Source: Veleropilina oligotropha
Lineage: Eukaryota
Assembly: GCA_048128005.1 (NCBI GenBank)
Contig: JBEUKZ010000041.1
Span: forward strand, 62,001 to 126,000
DNA length: 64,000 nucleotides
Direction: 5' to 3'
In this document: positions 1 through 13,934 of the stretch, piece by piece
Layout of the letters: each line of letters begins with the position of its first letter
Position numbering within the stretch: position 1 is the stretch's first letter
The notes under the pieces: model-generated
The model's database searches: none
The model's input: the letters and a program-made list of their open reading frames with translations, nothing else
Told to the model about the DNA's origin: nothing
Made by a program: the position numbers and the translations under genes

Positions 1-257
1 TTGGCGCCAGATGCGATGATCGGTCTTCATGCTCGCCATCATTTGCATACTTATGTGACGTGTTTTTTTGTATCGAAATTTATGGAACGGCTCCTACTGT
101 TCCATAACAGCTTTGTTATGTGATAAATATATTTATCACATGACAAAGCTGTTATGGATCTGTACAAGCCGTTCCATAAATTTCAATACAAAAGACACGT
201 CTCATAAGTATGCAAATGAGGGCGAACATGACGGCTGATCATCGCATCTGGCGCCAA
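1..257. repeat. Long imperfect palindrome (fold-back), probably part of a non-autonomous DNA element; may extend left of the window
   Basis: ttggcgccagatgcgatgatc at 1 is the reverse complement of gatcatcgcatctggcgccaa ending at 257; arms converge on tgtgataaatatatttatcaca (~119-140). Confidence 0.85.
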
Positions 258-530
258 GTTGATTAGGCGGCGTATCACCCTCATTAACATATTGAATAAT
301 TCATACGCGTTGACTCGTCGATTACCGACGTTGAACTATTTTTTATTGGCGTACTGGCGTGGCGCGTGCTTTCGATGCGTGATGCGTCTGAGGCAATGGC
401 ATTTTATGTCTGAAAGTACTGACAGAAATTAGTTTTAAAAAGTAAAGAAATGCGTTTAAAAACGCAATAAAATAAGTTTAAAGGTAAATAAAGTCCTGTG
501 ATCAAGAAGATATGAAACTTGTGCCCATTT

Positions 531-1028
<498 letters not shown>

Positions 1029-1129
1029 TACACAATAATATATATACATCAATTGGACTTTCCTTGTCTACCAAAAATCTTTTGTTCGCAACTACGGACA
1101 ATGCACCCAGTCCCCAAATGCTGAAGCAT

Positions 1130-1501
1130 GCGTCATTTTGAAATATTTAGTCGACTATCAATTCCTTATCCACCTCTGCAGCTGGCTAAGGATCATAGCC
1201 AGCTAAGGTGGTTTCCTAAGCCAGCTAAGGCTTTGTGAAACGCTCTTAGCCGGCTATCGTCACCTACCTTGGCTAAGGTTAGTCGAAGTCATGTATGCAA
1301 AACGCTCGGAAAATATTTAGTCGTCTATCCTCTGTATTAGATACATGCAAAGCTGTCTAACAACCTGAGCCGGATATGACATGTTCTTAGCCAGCTAAGG
1401 TATTTTCTTAGCCAGGTAACGGTTTGTTAAACGCTCTTAGCCGAATATACTCACCGACTTAGGCTATGCGTAGTCTATGTCACGTACGTGAAACTGCCCC
1501 C
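1130..1501. mobile_element. Degenerate Harbinger-like MITE end with ctggctaag/cttagcc subterminal repeats
   Basis: Repeated gtgaaacgctcttagcc and gctaagg motifs ending cgtgaaactgccccc, similar in style to the element at 23571-25140. Confidence 0.4.
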
Positions 1502-2675
1502 AATTTAACATATCAGTAATCTCAATGAACCATGGATTCATTTCTATTTACCTATTCTTTTGATTTCTATACCTGGGATATTAATTATTTATCCTCTAGA
1601 TAACAGTTTTAGTTCTTTTTTTCTTTTACTAATGATTTATCTATATCTATATCTCTGTACACCAAAAGCCAATTATAAAAACCGACGATTCTTTATCCTT
1701 CTTTCTATTATTACTATACTATGCTTTGCATAAAATCCATATAGGCTTTGTTAGAGAATATTGGATGTATTATTACATATCCATAGATCCTTTGTATACT
1801 ATTTTCTCTATTATTATAATCGAACGCTTTGTTTATGTCGTAATTACATGTCTATTACACTTTCTTTACTTTACATTATCTTAATGAGAACATCCTGGCA
1901 AAGCATTTAACAATGAACTAAACTCATGGTGATAGAAGGGTCCACTTCTCAGAAAGGGCGATGGTGTAATATCTGCTATTAATTATACTTTTAAGGGGTG
2001 ACACCACGAAAATTACAATAGATTATCTTGGTATGTATGACAGATAATACACTGACACCCCTGCGCGTTATCCCAATAACGTATTTCACTTCAGCTCTGG
2101 TCGTTATGTTTGATATCAGCGCGGCAATCATATCAAATGTTGAAAAGTTTTCACTGGTTGCAAGTTTACATCATGAAAGTCCGCATAGACGTCTTCACTC
2201 CAGGAACACGTTAAACGTTAGTTAATTAGTAAACGAAATGAAATGAAAGGGTCGATGTTTAATGTCATGTATATTTACAATCATCAGGTTCAAAGCAAGA
2301 CATTTCCATATTATCGCGGGAGGAGAGGCAAGTCGCCCTTGAAAATTCACCCTCTTCTAACAGTTACGAACAACTGTGATTCAAAATAAAACAAATAATA
2401 TCATGTCCCAACTCGGATTCGAACGCACTACTGTTTGCGTCAGCGAAATCAAGCTGGTGATTTTCGGAATCTGCAGCCGAAACCACACTACTGTCGGAGC
2501 GGCCTAGTTAATTAGACATGAGTCATATATATTTAGACGACCCATATTCACTTCGGATCCTTGGCTTTAATGCTATCATGCTTCCCTTCCCATTGTGCTA
2601 ATTTGTCTATGGTTACTTTATAATAACACATGGCACTGAACTTTTATGAATCTTAAATCTTTCCGTTGATTATAG

Positions 2676-2904
2676 CAATGACGATGTGTGGATTGGGTTG
2701 ATGTATGCAAATAATAGCTACAGGTGGAATGACGGGGACGCATTAGATTGGACCGCCTGGGAGGTGGAGAACCAAACGACCCCTCAAGCAAAAGCTGCGT
2801 CCTAGCTCAACATGATAAGATTACATGGAAGAGCATTGATTGTGGCGCTGGATTGGCGTGCGTCTGTCAATCTGGTGGGCAGATTATCTCAGCAACACAA
2901 ACCG
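2676..2904 (+). CDS. Exon encoding C-terminal half of a C-type lectin domain (EPN motif), with a 1-nt frameshift in a G run
   Basis: tag acceptor at 2673-2675 and gt donor at 2905; reads NDDVWIGL..YRWNDGDALDWTAW then (shifted) GGGEPND..SCV..WKSIDC..CVCQ, the canonical CTLD WIGL/EPN/Cys pattern. Confidence 0.85.
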
Positions 2905-4263
2905 GTAGGTTGATATTTGTTACGCATGTCAACCTGTGGTTCGTTTCACAACCAGTTCGTTGCCACGAGCGGCTGGTATGGGATCATACTACAGTTATCT
3001 AACCTGAAATTGCCCATCTCACGGATGCGACGACAGCAAATATAGTGTCCTGTAGAATTGTGTTACTTTCTGTACTCATGTACATTTGCTGCTGTGATTT
3101 TCACTGCATCTAATTGAAAGGATGTTTAGTATTCAACATGTATGTAATAAATCAAATCCGTAGTCCTCCTCTTTAAACAGTTATCCATCCCTTCGCGGTG
3201 AATGTGTGATTTGTCCCACGTCCACTTGAGGTAAACAGAAATGGATGAAGCGAAAAGGTAACCGGTACATGATATATTCAAAATGTCATTAAATGCTGTG
3301 TTCTTGTTAATATTTCTAGAGATATTGGAATGTCTCTCAATCTCCGTGTACATGCTAGAGCGTCTGAGGCTGTATGGTAGAACATTGTAAATTTAATTGT
3401 GGTCTGATACCGTTTGTATAGTAGCTCAATATAACCATTCTCAACTTGAAAGAGTTGCTGTGAAGTAATATTAAACCTCAACCGCGATGTTTTTCTTTGA
3501 TTAAACGTTACATTCGTTATCAGGAATGGGGATTTCATCAGCCTTTCAAATATTGAGAGCACGTCTTCATACTATTCCGTGTAGTAAATTCACCTAAAAT
3601 GACGTAATTGTTGTACTAAGATATAACGCACGATTTATGCGTATCCGTGGCAGTGTTGTTATAAATTATTTTCGGGAATTCAAAGATACGCGTCCTTTGC
3701 GTACGCGTCTTTTAATGCTCTATAGTAATTTCAGAAATTAAAAAACGACCGTTTTGCAAATTACCATCCTGCTAACGAAATCACTTGTTGTTTATTAAAC
3801 TCACGCTTCATCGACTTATATTAGTTGCGTCCATTATCGAATTTTTTCGACGACGTAGTTGACACCAATCAGATGGCGTTATTCGTCATTGATAAATACC
3901 TAATATGGATGGCTTCAAAGAGATCATAATGTTTATTTGGTTGTGTTTTAGTTGTGAGATTTGTTCACCACTCTGACGTTAATCTGTTCTTAAAAGCTAT
4001 TGGCCTACATGTCAAGGCATTGAGTGTTTATTCAAATGGTAAGTTTGGGCGGATATTTTTTTTAAAACTCTTATATTAAGTTATCGGTAATGCGCAACAT
4101 TGACCTTAATAAGAAGTATACAGAGCAGCCGAACATTTGCGTTATCAATGCATGTCGAACTATTTGTCCATTTTGTTGTTATATTTTATGAGAGTTGCCA
4201 CATATGTTGTGTAAAACGGCAGAGAATAAAATGACACATATGTATCATTATGCATCAATATAT

Positions 4264-4541
4264 GCCTCCGTGGCTCAGTGTTAGTGCACTGGCCTCTCGT
4301 CGAGAGATTTGGGGTTCAATCCCCGATCCTGGCGAATTTCCTTGGGCAAGGAATTAAGAATATATGTGCCTCGGTTCACCCAGCCGATCTGGGATCTAAA
4401 TGGGTACCTGGTTGGCAGTGACAGAATTGTCAGAATGATAGGTCAAGCGCCTAGCAGGCATGTACTTGGCCGTAATAATGTAAGCGCTTCGAGCATGCAT
4501 TCGTGTGTGAGGAAGCGCAGATAAATCGTTCACATTATTAT
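4264..4541 (+). mobile_element. tRNA-derived SINE with CORE-like central domain
   Basis: A box tggctcagtgtt, B box ggttcaatccc, then ccttgggcaag..tgtgcctcgg..aaatgggtacc resembling the CORE-SINE domain; short attatt tail. Confidence 0.7.
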
Positions 4542-4573
4542 GAAGACAAAGAAACCTGAGTTTCCACACCACT

Positions 4574-4722
4574 ATTCAATTCAATTCAGTTTTATTTAGC
4601 TATAAACAAATACATATTTGTAGTTATAATTATACATCTATGACGGACAGGCTATAAACTATGAGTACAAATGCATATGTATCAGGATTAGCAAGAAATG
4701 TAGATGCAAATATATTAATATA

Positions 4723-4809
<87 letters not shown>

Positions 4810-5170
4810 ATAAAATATAGCAAAGAAATATGCAATTATAAATATATTAGAATACAAATTTATATATAGATTAAATGGTTTTTGGAGGAACCAGTATTAT
4901 TAATTGATGTCAATATAACAAAGAGGATTGCTCAGTAGATAATCATATACGGTATTGAATAACCTCGCAATGAAAATTGCAATGCATGTACTGTATGTCT
5001 AACAGTAATGGTAACAGTAAACAGTTGATGTAATAGTTTAAAGCTTATATATGATTATTCCTTATAGTCCAATAATGTTTTAGAAATATCCCTAGATTGG
5101 ATAACAATTTATTGGAATCTGTTGTCATCAAATTTATAAATTTCTGCATGATCGGCCATCTAGTATCTCT
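4574..5170 (-). mobile_element. 3' end of a non-LTR retrotransposon (RTE-X-like), with internal (TA)n at ~4727-4806
   Basis: Minus-strand peptide RWPIMQKFINLMTTDSNKLLSNLGIFLKHYWTIR* resembles RTE-X ORF2 C-termini; followed by aataaa and a (ttgaa)n tail. Confidence 0.5.
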
Positions 5171-5189
5171 TGCTGGTATTCCTAGTTCG

Positions 5190-5420
5190 CGCTTATCTAC
5201 CGTTATAACGTTCCATGTGAATGAATCGTGAGATCTGCCTGACCACATTGCCGAGATTTGGTGATCAGCAAGTTTTCATCACATACCACCTGAGCATTTA
5301 TCGCATGATAATTAATCTTTGCGACACACATATAAATGTTTATCATGGGTTGGATGCCTAATTGAAATCAGTGTTCCGTCAATTGATCCAAATACTTTGA
5401 GAAATTTAATATGCGTTGTT
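5190..5420 (-). pseudogene. Degraded PIF/Harbinger (HARBI1-like) transposase fragment
   Basis: Minus-strand peptides VFGSIDGTLISIRHP..LYVCRK and WSGRSHDSFTW match the IDGT and WPGSxHDS motifs. Confidence 0.65.
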
Positions 5421-5701
5421 TTTTTTGTCATTTATTGCATTGTAAACGCCTCAAGATACTTCATGGGTACAACGTGATGCCGACATTTTATGGATGCCAT
5501 GTATGTCCTGTCACAGACTGAAAAGTAACAGTGTTATAATAGCGATGACCAACCGTCGCTTGCAGGGCCACTGGTAATGTTTGGCACATTCGAGCATGTA
5601 TCAGATTACGTAGATCATCCACTAAAACTGTATGCATGTGACGTCATGTATTAGCGATACATAGCCAGTATCGTATTTCTTCATTTGGTAAATAATCCAA
5701 C

Positions 5702-8375
5702 GTTAGCTTAATACGGACTTCCGACTTCTTACTTTCGACTTCAAACTTCTATGTTTCAATGTAAACTAAACATAACTTGCTTGTTCTTGTGTATGTGCGT
5801 GCATGTACTTGTAGTAGTGCTAATTTTAGCTAAAGTTTATGGTAGTGATGCCAAAAATCAATCGGATCTCGTATTAGGGGTATTAGACAATGATATCCAT
5901 GATACTACATACGATTTCCAATGACAAGATGGCTAATGCGCTTTCCCTTCTTTCGATTAATGCGAGAGGCGATATTATAAAGAGACTATTGCCCGTAAAT
6001 GCGCTCTTTCGCACGAGTTGTCTCTGGCACGAGTTGTCCTGACACCATCTATGGCCCGGTTCGCGCAGATTGATACAAATTTCGCGAAGGTATTATCGAT
6101 ATATGATCAAATGATAGACTTTTATTGAAATTATTATTGTAACTGGGCAATATATGTTATTGTCAAGTAGAAAGTTATCTTACTTGGCGAGCAGACACCA
6201 ACGCAACTGTGGTCCAAGTAGGTCAATTGGAAATACACTCGGTGCGAGGTAATTAAACGCGGAAGGCGTTTTATTATTTTTAAATATTCAGTAGCGATTA
6301 ACTTAAACGGTAGCAAATTACTGACGAAAGTTGAATGTTGAAAATTCTTAACTTTTTATGTTATAAACAAAAAGTGTAATGCTGTTAGTTTTCTTTTTAA
6401 AAATGAAAGAGCGCATTTACAGGCAATAGTATCTTTAAGAAATAGGACAGTGACACATATGTTGTTATGGTGCTGACCTTATTTGGAAATTGAACATATA
6501 TGGGCGAACCGCGAAAAGTCATTTGTCTGATTTGTCTGATGCAACTTTGCATGCAAAAATACGCTATATGAGCTCTCTTATTTTGTTATTGCTAACCCTG
6601 CAACACCTCCAGTTTATAATTGTATTTTTACAACCGTAACTCACCGTTGATATATCTAGTGGACATTATAGGCATTTTAAACATATTGGTGAGTGTGTGT
6701 GAATGTACGTGTGGGCGTGCAATAACCTGTTACACACGCCATATATACAGACGACTGGTATGATACACATAGACCCAAAGACATACGCAATTTAGATATA
6801 ACTTATAATAAGTATTATTGATTGATTTATTGAATTAATTTTTAACGATAAAGCCGACAATATTTCAGGCCTAATAGGTTGATCAAGTTGATAGGCTACA
6901 ATTACTAGATATATTAAAAACGGTATTCACTTTTTACATACGAGACTGATACAGTTAAATCAATATAACTGGTAAATACCTCCTCTTCACGGCGTAGGGA
7001 CTTGCAAGAGGGGCCCCATTCACCAAGAAGAGGTACAACATTCTGCGATTTTAACCCCGTGCAATCAACCCAATAACGTTTCCAGGTAGTTTTAAAGAAA
7101 GCGACGGTAATAATAACAATTGCACCTGTAGTTATAAAATCGGAAAATATCATAATAGAATGTTGAAAGCAATTACGATCTTTTATTTTGTATGTTTCAA
7201 GTCACAGATGAAAAGGTAGAAGATGGAAACAATTACGAGCTTTTAAGCTTTCCAACTTTAAACTGTATACATGGAAGTAAGAAGCTATAATTAATGTTGT
7301 GATTTCGAGCTTTTCATCAATGAATATAAAGATGGAAAGCTGTATTGTCAAAGTGTCACACAGACCATCTTACTTCGAACATTTAGCTTCTTACTTCTAA
7401 CTTCCGACTTCTAGCTTCTAACTTCCGACTTCTATCTTCCAACTTTCGACTTCTAAATGCTAACTGCATCTTATTTAAAGTAAATGATTTAAAAATATTC
7501 TGAGAGAATAAGCATATACACTGATGGTTCAAAGGATTGGGATCGTGTGGGTGCTGCGGGCCCTACGCCGTGAAGTAGTAATCTTGACCAGATTGCGAAT
7601 TGGACATACTCACTCCTACCTGCGTAAAGATGAACCACCACCTGTTTGTATTATTTGTGGTTATAACTTAACAGACTGCTCCGCGCGCTTCGTCCATATA
7701 TGGTAAATTTCAAAATAAAGTCAGCACCATAACAACATATGTGTCACTATCCTATTTCTTGCAATACAGAATCACAATTTCACAACAATCGATATTAATC
7801 GAAAGAAGCGAAAGCGCTTTAACCACATTGTCATATGGATATCATAATTATGTTGTATCATGGATATCATTCTCTAATACCAGACATAATAGATTTTTAG
7901 AATCGCTACCAGAATCTTTAGTTTAAATTACCACTCATACATGTACATGCACGCACATACACACGCACAAGCAAGTTATGTTTAGTTTAAAATAACAGAT
8001 AGAAGATAGATGGCGGAAAGCGGTAGTTAGAAAGGTTCGATGCTTAATGTCCAGTATATTTTCAACTACATTTTGTTCAAAGCAGGACTTGTACATATAA
8101 TCGCGGGAGGAAAGCCCGGTCGCTCGGGAAAACCCGCCCTCTCCAACCAATTACGGACAACTGTGATTCATAATTTGAAGAAATGTGTGATGTCCCTGCC
8201 GATGTTTGAACTCACTACAGTTCGCGTCAGCGGAAGTTAGAAGTCGGAAATTCGAAGTTAGAAGACGAAAGGCGAAAGTTAGAAGACGACAGGCGAAAGT
8301 TAGAAGACGAAAGGCGAAAGTTAGAAATCAGAAGTCGGAAGTCTCTTCCAGGTTTTCGTATTACGTATTCAACTG
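5702..8375. mobile_element. Nest of TIR elements with 7-bp (ttccgac/ttctaac) subterminal arrays and internal inverted arms
   Basis: Heptamer arrays at ~5715-5750, 7385-7455 and inverted at 8230-8345; inverted arms ~5865-5960/7795-7890 and ~6440-6512/7682-7760. Confidence 0.55.
5981..6434. mobile_element. Kolobok-like MITE
   Basis: TIRs agagactattgcccgtaaatgcgctctttc / gaaagagcgcatttacaggcaatagtatct; flanks ATAA and TTAA. Confidence 0.65.
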
Positions 8376-8499
8376 ATTTTGATAAATGCAGAAAATACGA
8401 CAAGGATTCTTCTTTGGCGTTTTCCTTGTTCCGTTGCCAGTATAAGGATGGTAAAAATTTGTCTGTTAAGGTTTTTCATACCCAGTAACCAATTGTAGA

Positions 8500-8795
8500 C
8501 AAGGCCACTTCGACAGTCGTGTGGTTTCGATTGTGGACTCAAAAAAATCACTGGCTTGCTTCCGCTGACGCGCAGAGTAGTGGGTTCAAACCTCGACAGG
8601 GACATAATAGTGGGTTAAAATCTCGGCATGGACATCGCACATTTGTTCAAATTATGAATCACAGTTGCCAACTGGTCGGAGATGGCGGGTTTCCCCCGAG
8701 CGACCGACTTTTCCTTACGCGATAATATGGATAATATGTCCTGCTTAGAACCACAAATGATGACTGAAAATATACAGGACATTAAGCATCGAACC
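8500..8795 (+). mobile_element. tRNA-derived SINE; related copies on - at ~2250-2505 and ~8030-8235, more distant ones at ~33480-33705, 38890-39130, 40510-40710
   Basis: Shared aggccacttcgacagtcgtgtggtttcg head, ggttcaaacc B box and cacagttg..gggtttccc..cgcgataatatg body across copies. Confidence 0.6.
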
Positions 8796-8887
8796 TTTCC
8801 TTTCCACTGTAGACATGCAAGAATAATGAATGCATACATCATATACACATATCTTTATATTATATACAAAAATAATACCTTAACGGT

Positions 8888-9397
8888 ATAGATAGATAGA
8901 TATTTATTTACCTTACTCGTACCTCAAATGTAAGAAAACAACATGAATATACATAATATAGTTATATGAGAAAGGAAGGACGATAGTGGAGTCAAAAGCA
9001 CACTGTTCCTGTTAAGGTATAATTGCCCTTATAACATCCATTTTATAATAAATAGTAATAAGTAAATAAATTTACTTGACGATGTACGCGAATCTGTTTG
9101 TATGAATGTGTTTGTGAATATGAAAATGCTGTGAATAAGAATATGGTGTGTTGATAATATCATGTCCATGAAAATTAAGTAAATGTCTCGTTTGTTCAAT
9201 TTGCACTTATAACAAATGGCTAATAACTAATAACCAAATACTAATAACTGCCAATTTTGAAATTAATGAATTCTCTTGAAAATTTCTTGTATTTTTTATA
9301 GATTTCAGACTATGTGATAGTCCACCATGAATACGGCATGTTACATAATATACTTCTATTGAAAATTGTTCTAGTATGGTATTGAATTGCCGTGCCT
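8888..9397 (-). mobile_element. 3' fragment of a CR1/L2-group LINE, inverted relative to the adjacent LINE
   Basis: (atct)n tail and aataaa on -; peptide QYHTRTIFNRSILCN resembles AKHKSLIFNKSFLCR of ORF 9741-12707. Confidence 0.55.
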
Positions 9398-9399
9398 AT

Positions 9400-12300
9400 A
9401 AGCAGGTGCTTCAGTGTGTCACTTATATGGTTAGCGTAGCTTACACGGCTAACGTGTGGTCAGGAGCACACGTACACATTTTGCGTCACCTACACAACCG
9501 TGAGACTTACGAAGATCTGTTGTTTTTGTATATATGTCAATCTGCATATGTATGCATGCGTGAATACTGTTGTGTATCGTCCTTTTTGTTTTACTTTTTG
9601 TTCCTTTTTGTTTATGTATTGTCATCTCATTATTCATTTACTAATGGTTAGTTACAATAAACAACATGCAACTGTTAAGCATAAAAGTAAATATATAAGA
9701 ATCGCTACTAAGATTATGATTATTTCTATATATTATCTACATGTGTACACGAAATCTGAATTATTCTGCCCGACTACGTAAGCTTGAGGAAGACCCCTCC
9801 TATGATTTGCATAATTTAACTGATAATGATTACGGGATAGGTGATTGTGAATGTCTATATATAGAGCCTGATGAGATCTTTAAATTGAATTCCGATAACA
9901 CTAAACTAAAAATTCTACAAATAAATATACACGGTATTCAAGGTAAATTGGACGACCTGAATAACTTGTTAAATACATGTAAAGCTAAGGAATGTGAATT
10001 TGACCTATTACTAATCTGTGAGACTTTTATTAATGATACAAATGTGAGTAAATGTCAAATCACAGGATATACATTAGAAGAACAACATAGGCAATTGAAG
10101 AAAAACGGTGGTGTTGCAATTTACGTTAACAATAAATTACTATATAAGAGGAGAAAAGATCTTACGGTCTTTAAGGAAGGGCAATTTGAATCCTGTTTTA
10201 TTGAGCTTACATGTATTACTAATGCTAAAAACATCATCATTGGAGAAATATATCGAGTCCCTGGTACTAGCGAAAAGGAATTTCTGAGTGATTATGAAAA
10301 ATTAATTCTCAAAATTAAACGAGAAAAAAAGGATATCATATTGGGAATGGACCAAAATTTGGACTACCGGTACCTTAAAATTAACACTCACTCAAACACA
10401 GCTAAGTTTTTTGATATTAATATTACAAATGGTTTATTACCAACAATAACGAAGCCCACTAGGATTACCCACTCAACAGCTACACTAATTGATAACATCT
10501 ACGTTTGCAACGATGCACGTAATACATTTCATTCGGCCATTCTAACTACACCTCTATCAGACCATTTGCCGTGTGCCTTAATCATAAATAATGTAGGAAA
10601 AAAATCAAGAAAATCATTTAATGTTACTTTTCGTGATCTATCTGATGTTAAAGTTAATAACATTAAACAAAAGATTAGCTCCACCGATTGGTCATTTCTA
10701 AATGACCTAAATGCCAATGAGGGATACACTTATTTTTTAAGCAAAATAACTGAGTATCTAGACGAAATATCACCTGAACAAAATAAATTAATAAATATGA
10801 AATCAATATTGTCAGAACCATGGATGACTCGGGGACTAATAAAATCCTCTAGAAATTGCGATAAATTATACAAGAAAGTAATTGGTTTAGATAAAACTGA
10901 TATTAAATTTATAGAATACAAAACATATAGGAATAATTATAATTATATCAAGAGACGAGCTAAACAGGAATTCTATAGTAATAAAATAAATCAGTATAAA
11001 GATGATACAAGAAAGTTATGGATCACTCTCAAAACATTAATTGGTAAAATGAATGATAAAGAATCAATTTGTGATAACTTCGTTCTGTATGGTGGATCAG
11101 TATCTGACCCTAAAATTATTTCAAACTCGTTCTGTAAATACTTTAGCAATATAGGTAAAGATCTTGCATCGAATGTGCCAACTGCATCTAGTTCCTTTAC
11201 ACACTATATGCCCAATGGTCTTAGAAATTCTATATTTCTTTCTCCCACAGATAAAAATGAAATTGATAAAATAATAACTGAACTAAAAAATAAAAATAGT
11301 TCGGGGTATGACGATATTACCAACTCGTTTATTAAGCGAATTGGTGATGAAATTAGCCAACCTTTAGCAATTATATTTAATAAATCAATCACAGAAGGTT
11401 ATTTCCCTGACAATATGAAAATATCAGAAGTTATTCCAATATATAAAGCAGGCGACAAGAGCCTAATTTCAAATTATAGACCCATATCATTGTTGCCTGT
11501 ATTTTCTAAAATACTGGAAAAAATTATTTATAAAAGATTGTACAATTTTTTGATCGAAAATCATATTATTTATAAAAGTCAGTATGGATTCCGCGAAGGT
11601 TATTCAACTACACAAGCTGTATCTGAACTTGTGGCTAATTCCATCAATGGGTTTGAAAAGGGGGAATTCACAATTGGTATATTTTTAGACTTGACCAAAG
11701 CTTTTGACTCTTTGGATCATAATAAACTATTAAATAAATTGGAGACATACGGTGTCCGTGGTGTAGCATTAAACTGGTTTCGGAGCTATATGAATAATAG
11801 AAGTCAAAGTGTCAAATACAAAGGAAATTTATCGGATAAAATCAAGGTTGAATATGGTATACCCCAGGGGTCTATACTTGGCCCTCTTTTATTTCTGCTT
11901 TACGTTAATGATATATTTAAATGTTTAAAACATAGCAAATGTATTCTCTTTGCAGATGATACAACAATTTATATAACTGGAAAAACTATTGATAATATAA
12001 CTGGTAAAATTAAAGAAGATTTGGAGATGGTGATTGACTGGTTCAATTCGAATTCTCTGACTCTTAATATTAAGAAAACCCAGTGTGTTATATTCCGCCC
12101 AAAGAATTATCCACTTGACCTAAATGACTTTGAACTAAAATTGGGAACTAATAAGATTAATATAGTTGATCATTGTAGGTTTCTTGGGATTGAATTAGAT
12201 GAACACTTAAATTGGGATTATCAAGTTAAAAAAATATGTGGGAAACTATCAACAAATATATTCTTATTAAACAGTGTTAAAAGGACTATCCCCAATTGGT

Positions 12301-13197
12301 CAATGCGAATTTTATATAATAGTTATATTCATAGTCAATTAACATATGGTTTATCACTCTGGGGACCAATGTTGAATCATACTAATTTAAAACGAATTAC
12401 TGTGTTACAAAAAAAAGCGATAAGAGCAATAGATAATTCTTCTTACAATGCGCATACAGACCCTCTTTTCAAAAAGTATAATATATTAAAACTTAAGGAT
12501 CTGATTGATTTAGAGCTTACTAAAATATCATATAATTATAGTAACAAAATTATGCCGCCATCGATCATGGAATTGTTCAAATCCAATTCGAATACCCATC
12601 ATTATTATACTAGATCACGCCATTATCCAAGAATTGCTAAACACAAGTCTCTCATTTTTAATAAAAGTTTTTTGTGCAGGTCTCTCCAAGCCTATGGTCC
12701 ACCCTAAGTGATTATATCCGTTCAGCACCTAGTATATACTCATTTGCTAAGCGTTTTAAAAAGGCAGCAGCTGATCGCTACTAATATTAGTATTATTATA
12801 AGTATACAGTTATTTGGTAACATATTATCTTCTGTATCTTGTATCTTTTAATCAAGCGTGTTACATTTCTTAATTTTTAGTCAACATGTTATTCGAAAAT
12901 ATGTAAGTCGCATGAGCTTTCATGGAAGGTTTTGCTTTTCCAATTATGTTATCAAATGTATAATAAGCGATCTTGTATGAGGATCATAACCCTTGTATGT
13001 TTATGTTTATTTTTCTTTTATATCTTGAACTTCTAACCATTTCATCGATCATTCATCTTTTCCGGGTTACGTGCGCAACATGACCTCATGCTGAAACAGC
13101 CTTTAGGCTTGCACGTTCTCCTTCTTTTTGTATGCGTATAATTAAGAAACTATAATATTTGTATATGCAAAAAGAAAAATAAACTATCTATCTATCT
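9400..13197 (+). mobile_element. CR1/L2-group LINE including 3' UTR and (ctat)n tail; 5' boundary approximate, no ORF1 seen
   Basis: ORF2 above; aataaa followed by ctatctatctatct ending 13197. Confidence 0.8.
9741..12784 (+). CDS. CR1/L2-group LINE ORF2 (APE endonuclease + reverse transcriptase), near intact; frameshift near 12690 cuts the last ~30 aa
   Basis: APE motifs NIHG, CETF, LIDNIY, SDHLP; RT motifs YRPISLL, QYGFR, FLDLTKAFD, GIPQGSILGP, FADD; alternate frame LWSTLSDYIRSAPSIYSFAKRFK ends at TAA 12782-12784. Confidence 0.95.
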
Positions 13198-13934
13198 TGC
13201 GCTACATTCATAAATTCGTACGATAAGTTTACGTCAGGCGTAAGTTCTACGTGGGGCTTACGTGTTTTTTAGTTACAGAGCCTGTGTCTTAAATTACGGG
13301 CGTTTCAAAATCCTTTCGCAAATGCTGCGCTTACGAAAGGAAATCGTGAAAATAAGGTATTGTTCGTCAGTCGCCGTTTTAAATACTCCACAAAATACGA
13401 GAGTATACATGTATATGATTGCTATTGATCGCTTATATTTCCAGGGATTATTTGCAGAATAAAATATGTAATTTGATATATACAAAAGAAAAATGAATTA
13501 ATTGCATTAAATCAGCGCAATCCATTATCTGCGTGCTAATGGAGTCTGAAAGACAACATGTGTCGAAACAATGTGTTGACAAGCCGCTTATATGGATGAA
13601 ACTGATAGGTATGGTGGGATGTGTTAGTCACAAGTCAGCCATCTCAGACACAATTTGTCCGATTACAGTGATCCTACTCAACTCAGATGAACATTTGCAT
13701 TGTCTAATCACCAAGTTTGATAATATAAGTTGTCGAGGGACGTCGCGGTAAACACGGTTCATTGAATACCGAATGAAGTTGAACAACGGGGCGCAAGCCA
13801 AGTTGCTTAACGTTATAAGGTATTCAATGCAACGTGTTTACCAAGACGTTGCTCGATAATGTATTTATCTTGCTTTGACAAAGATAAACTTACTAAATAA
13901 ATTCCTGATTTGGCTCATAGCACTGTTGATATTT

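Noticed and set aside
3126..3562. Two short minus-strand ORFs, possibly a decayed TE
   Set aside because: No recognisable motif
4264..4335. Functional tRNA gene (also tRNA-like bits near 42450-42640)
   Set aside because: A/B boxes present but no convincing cloverleaf; embedded in SINE or repeat bodies
8888..13197. Twin-priming inversion of a single LINE
   Set aside because: Both pieces have their own tail and differ in 3' sequence, so they are two separate related insertions
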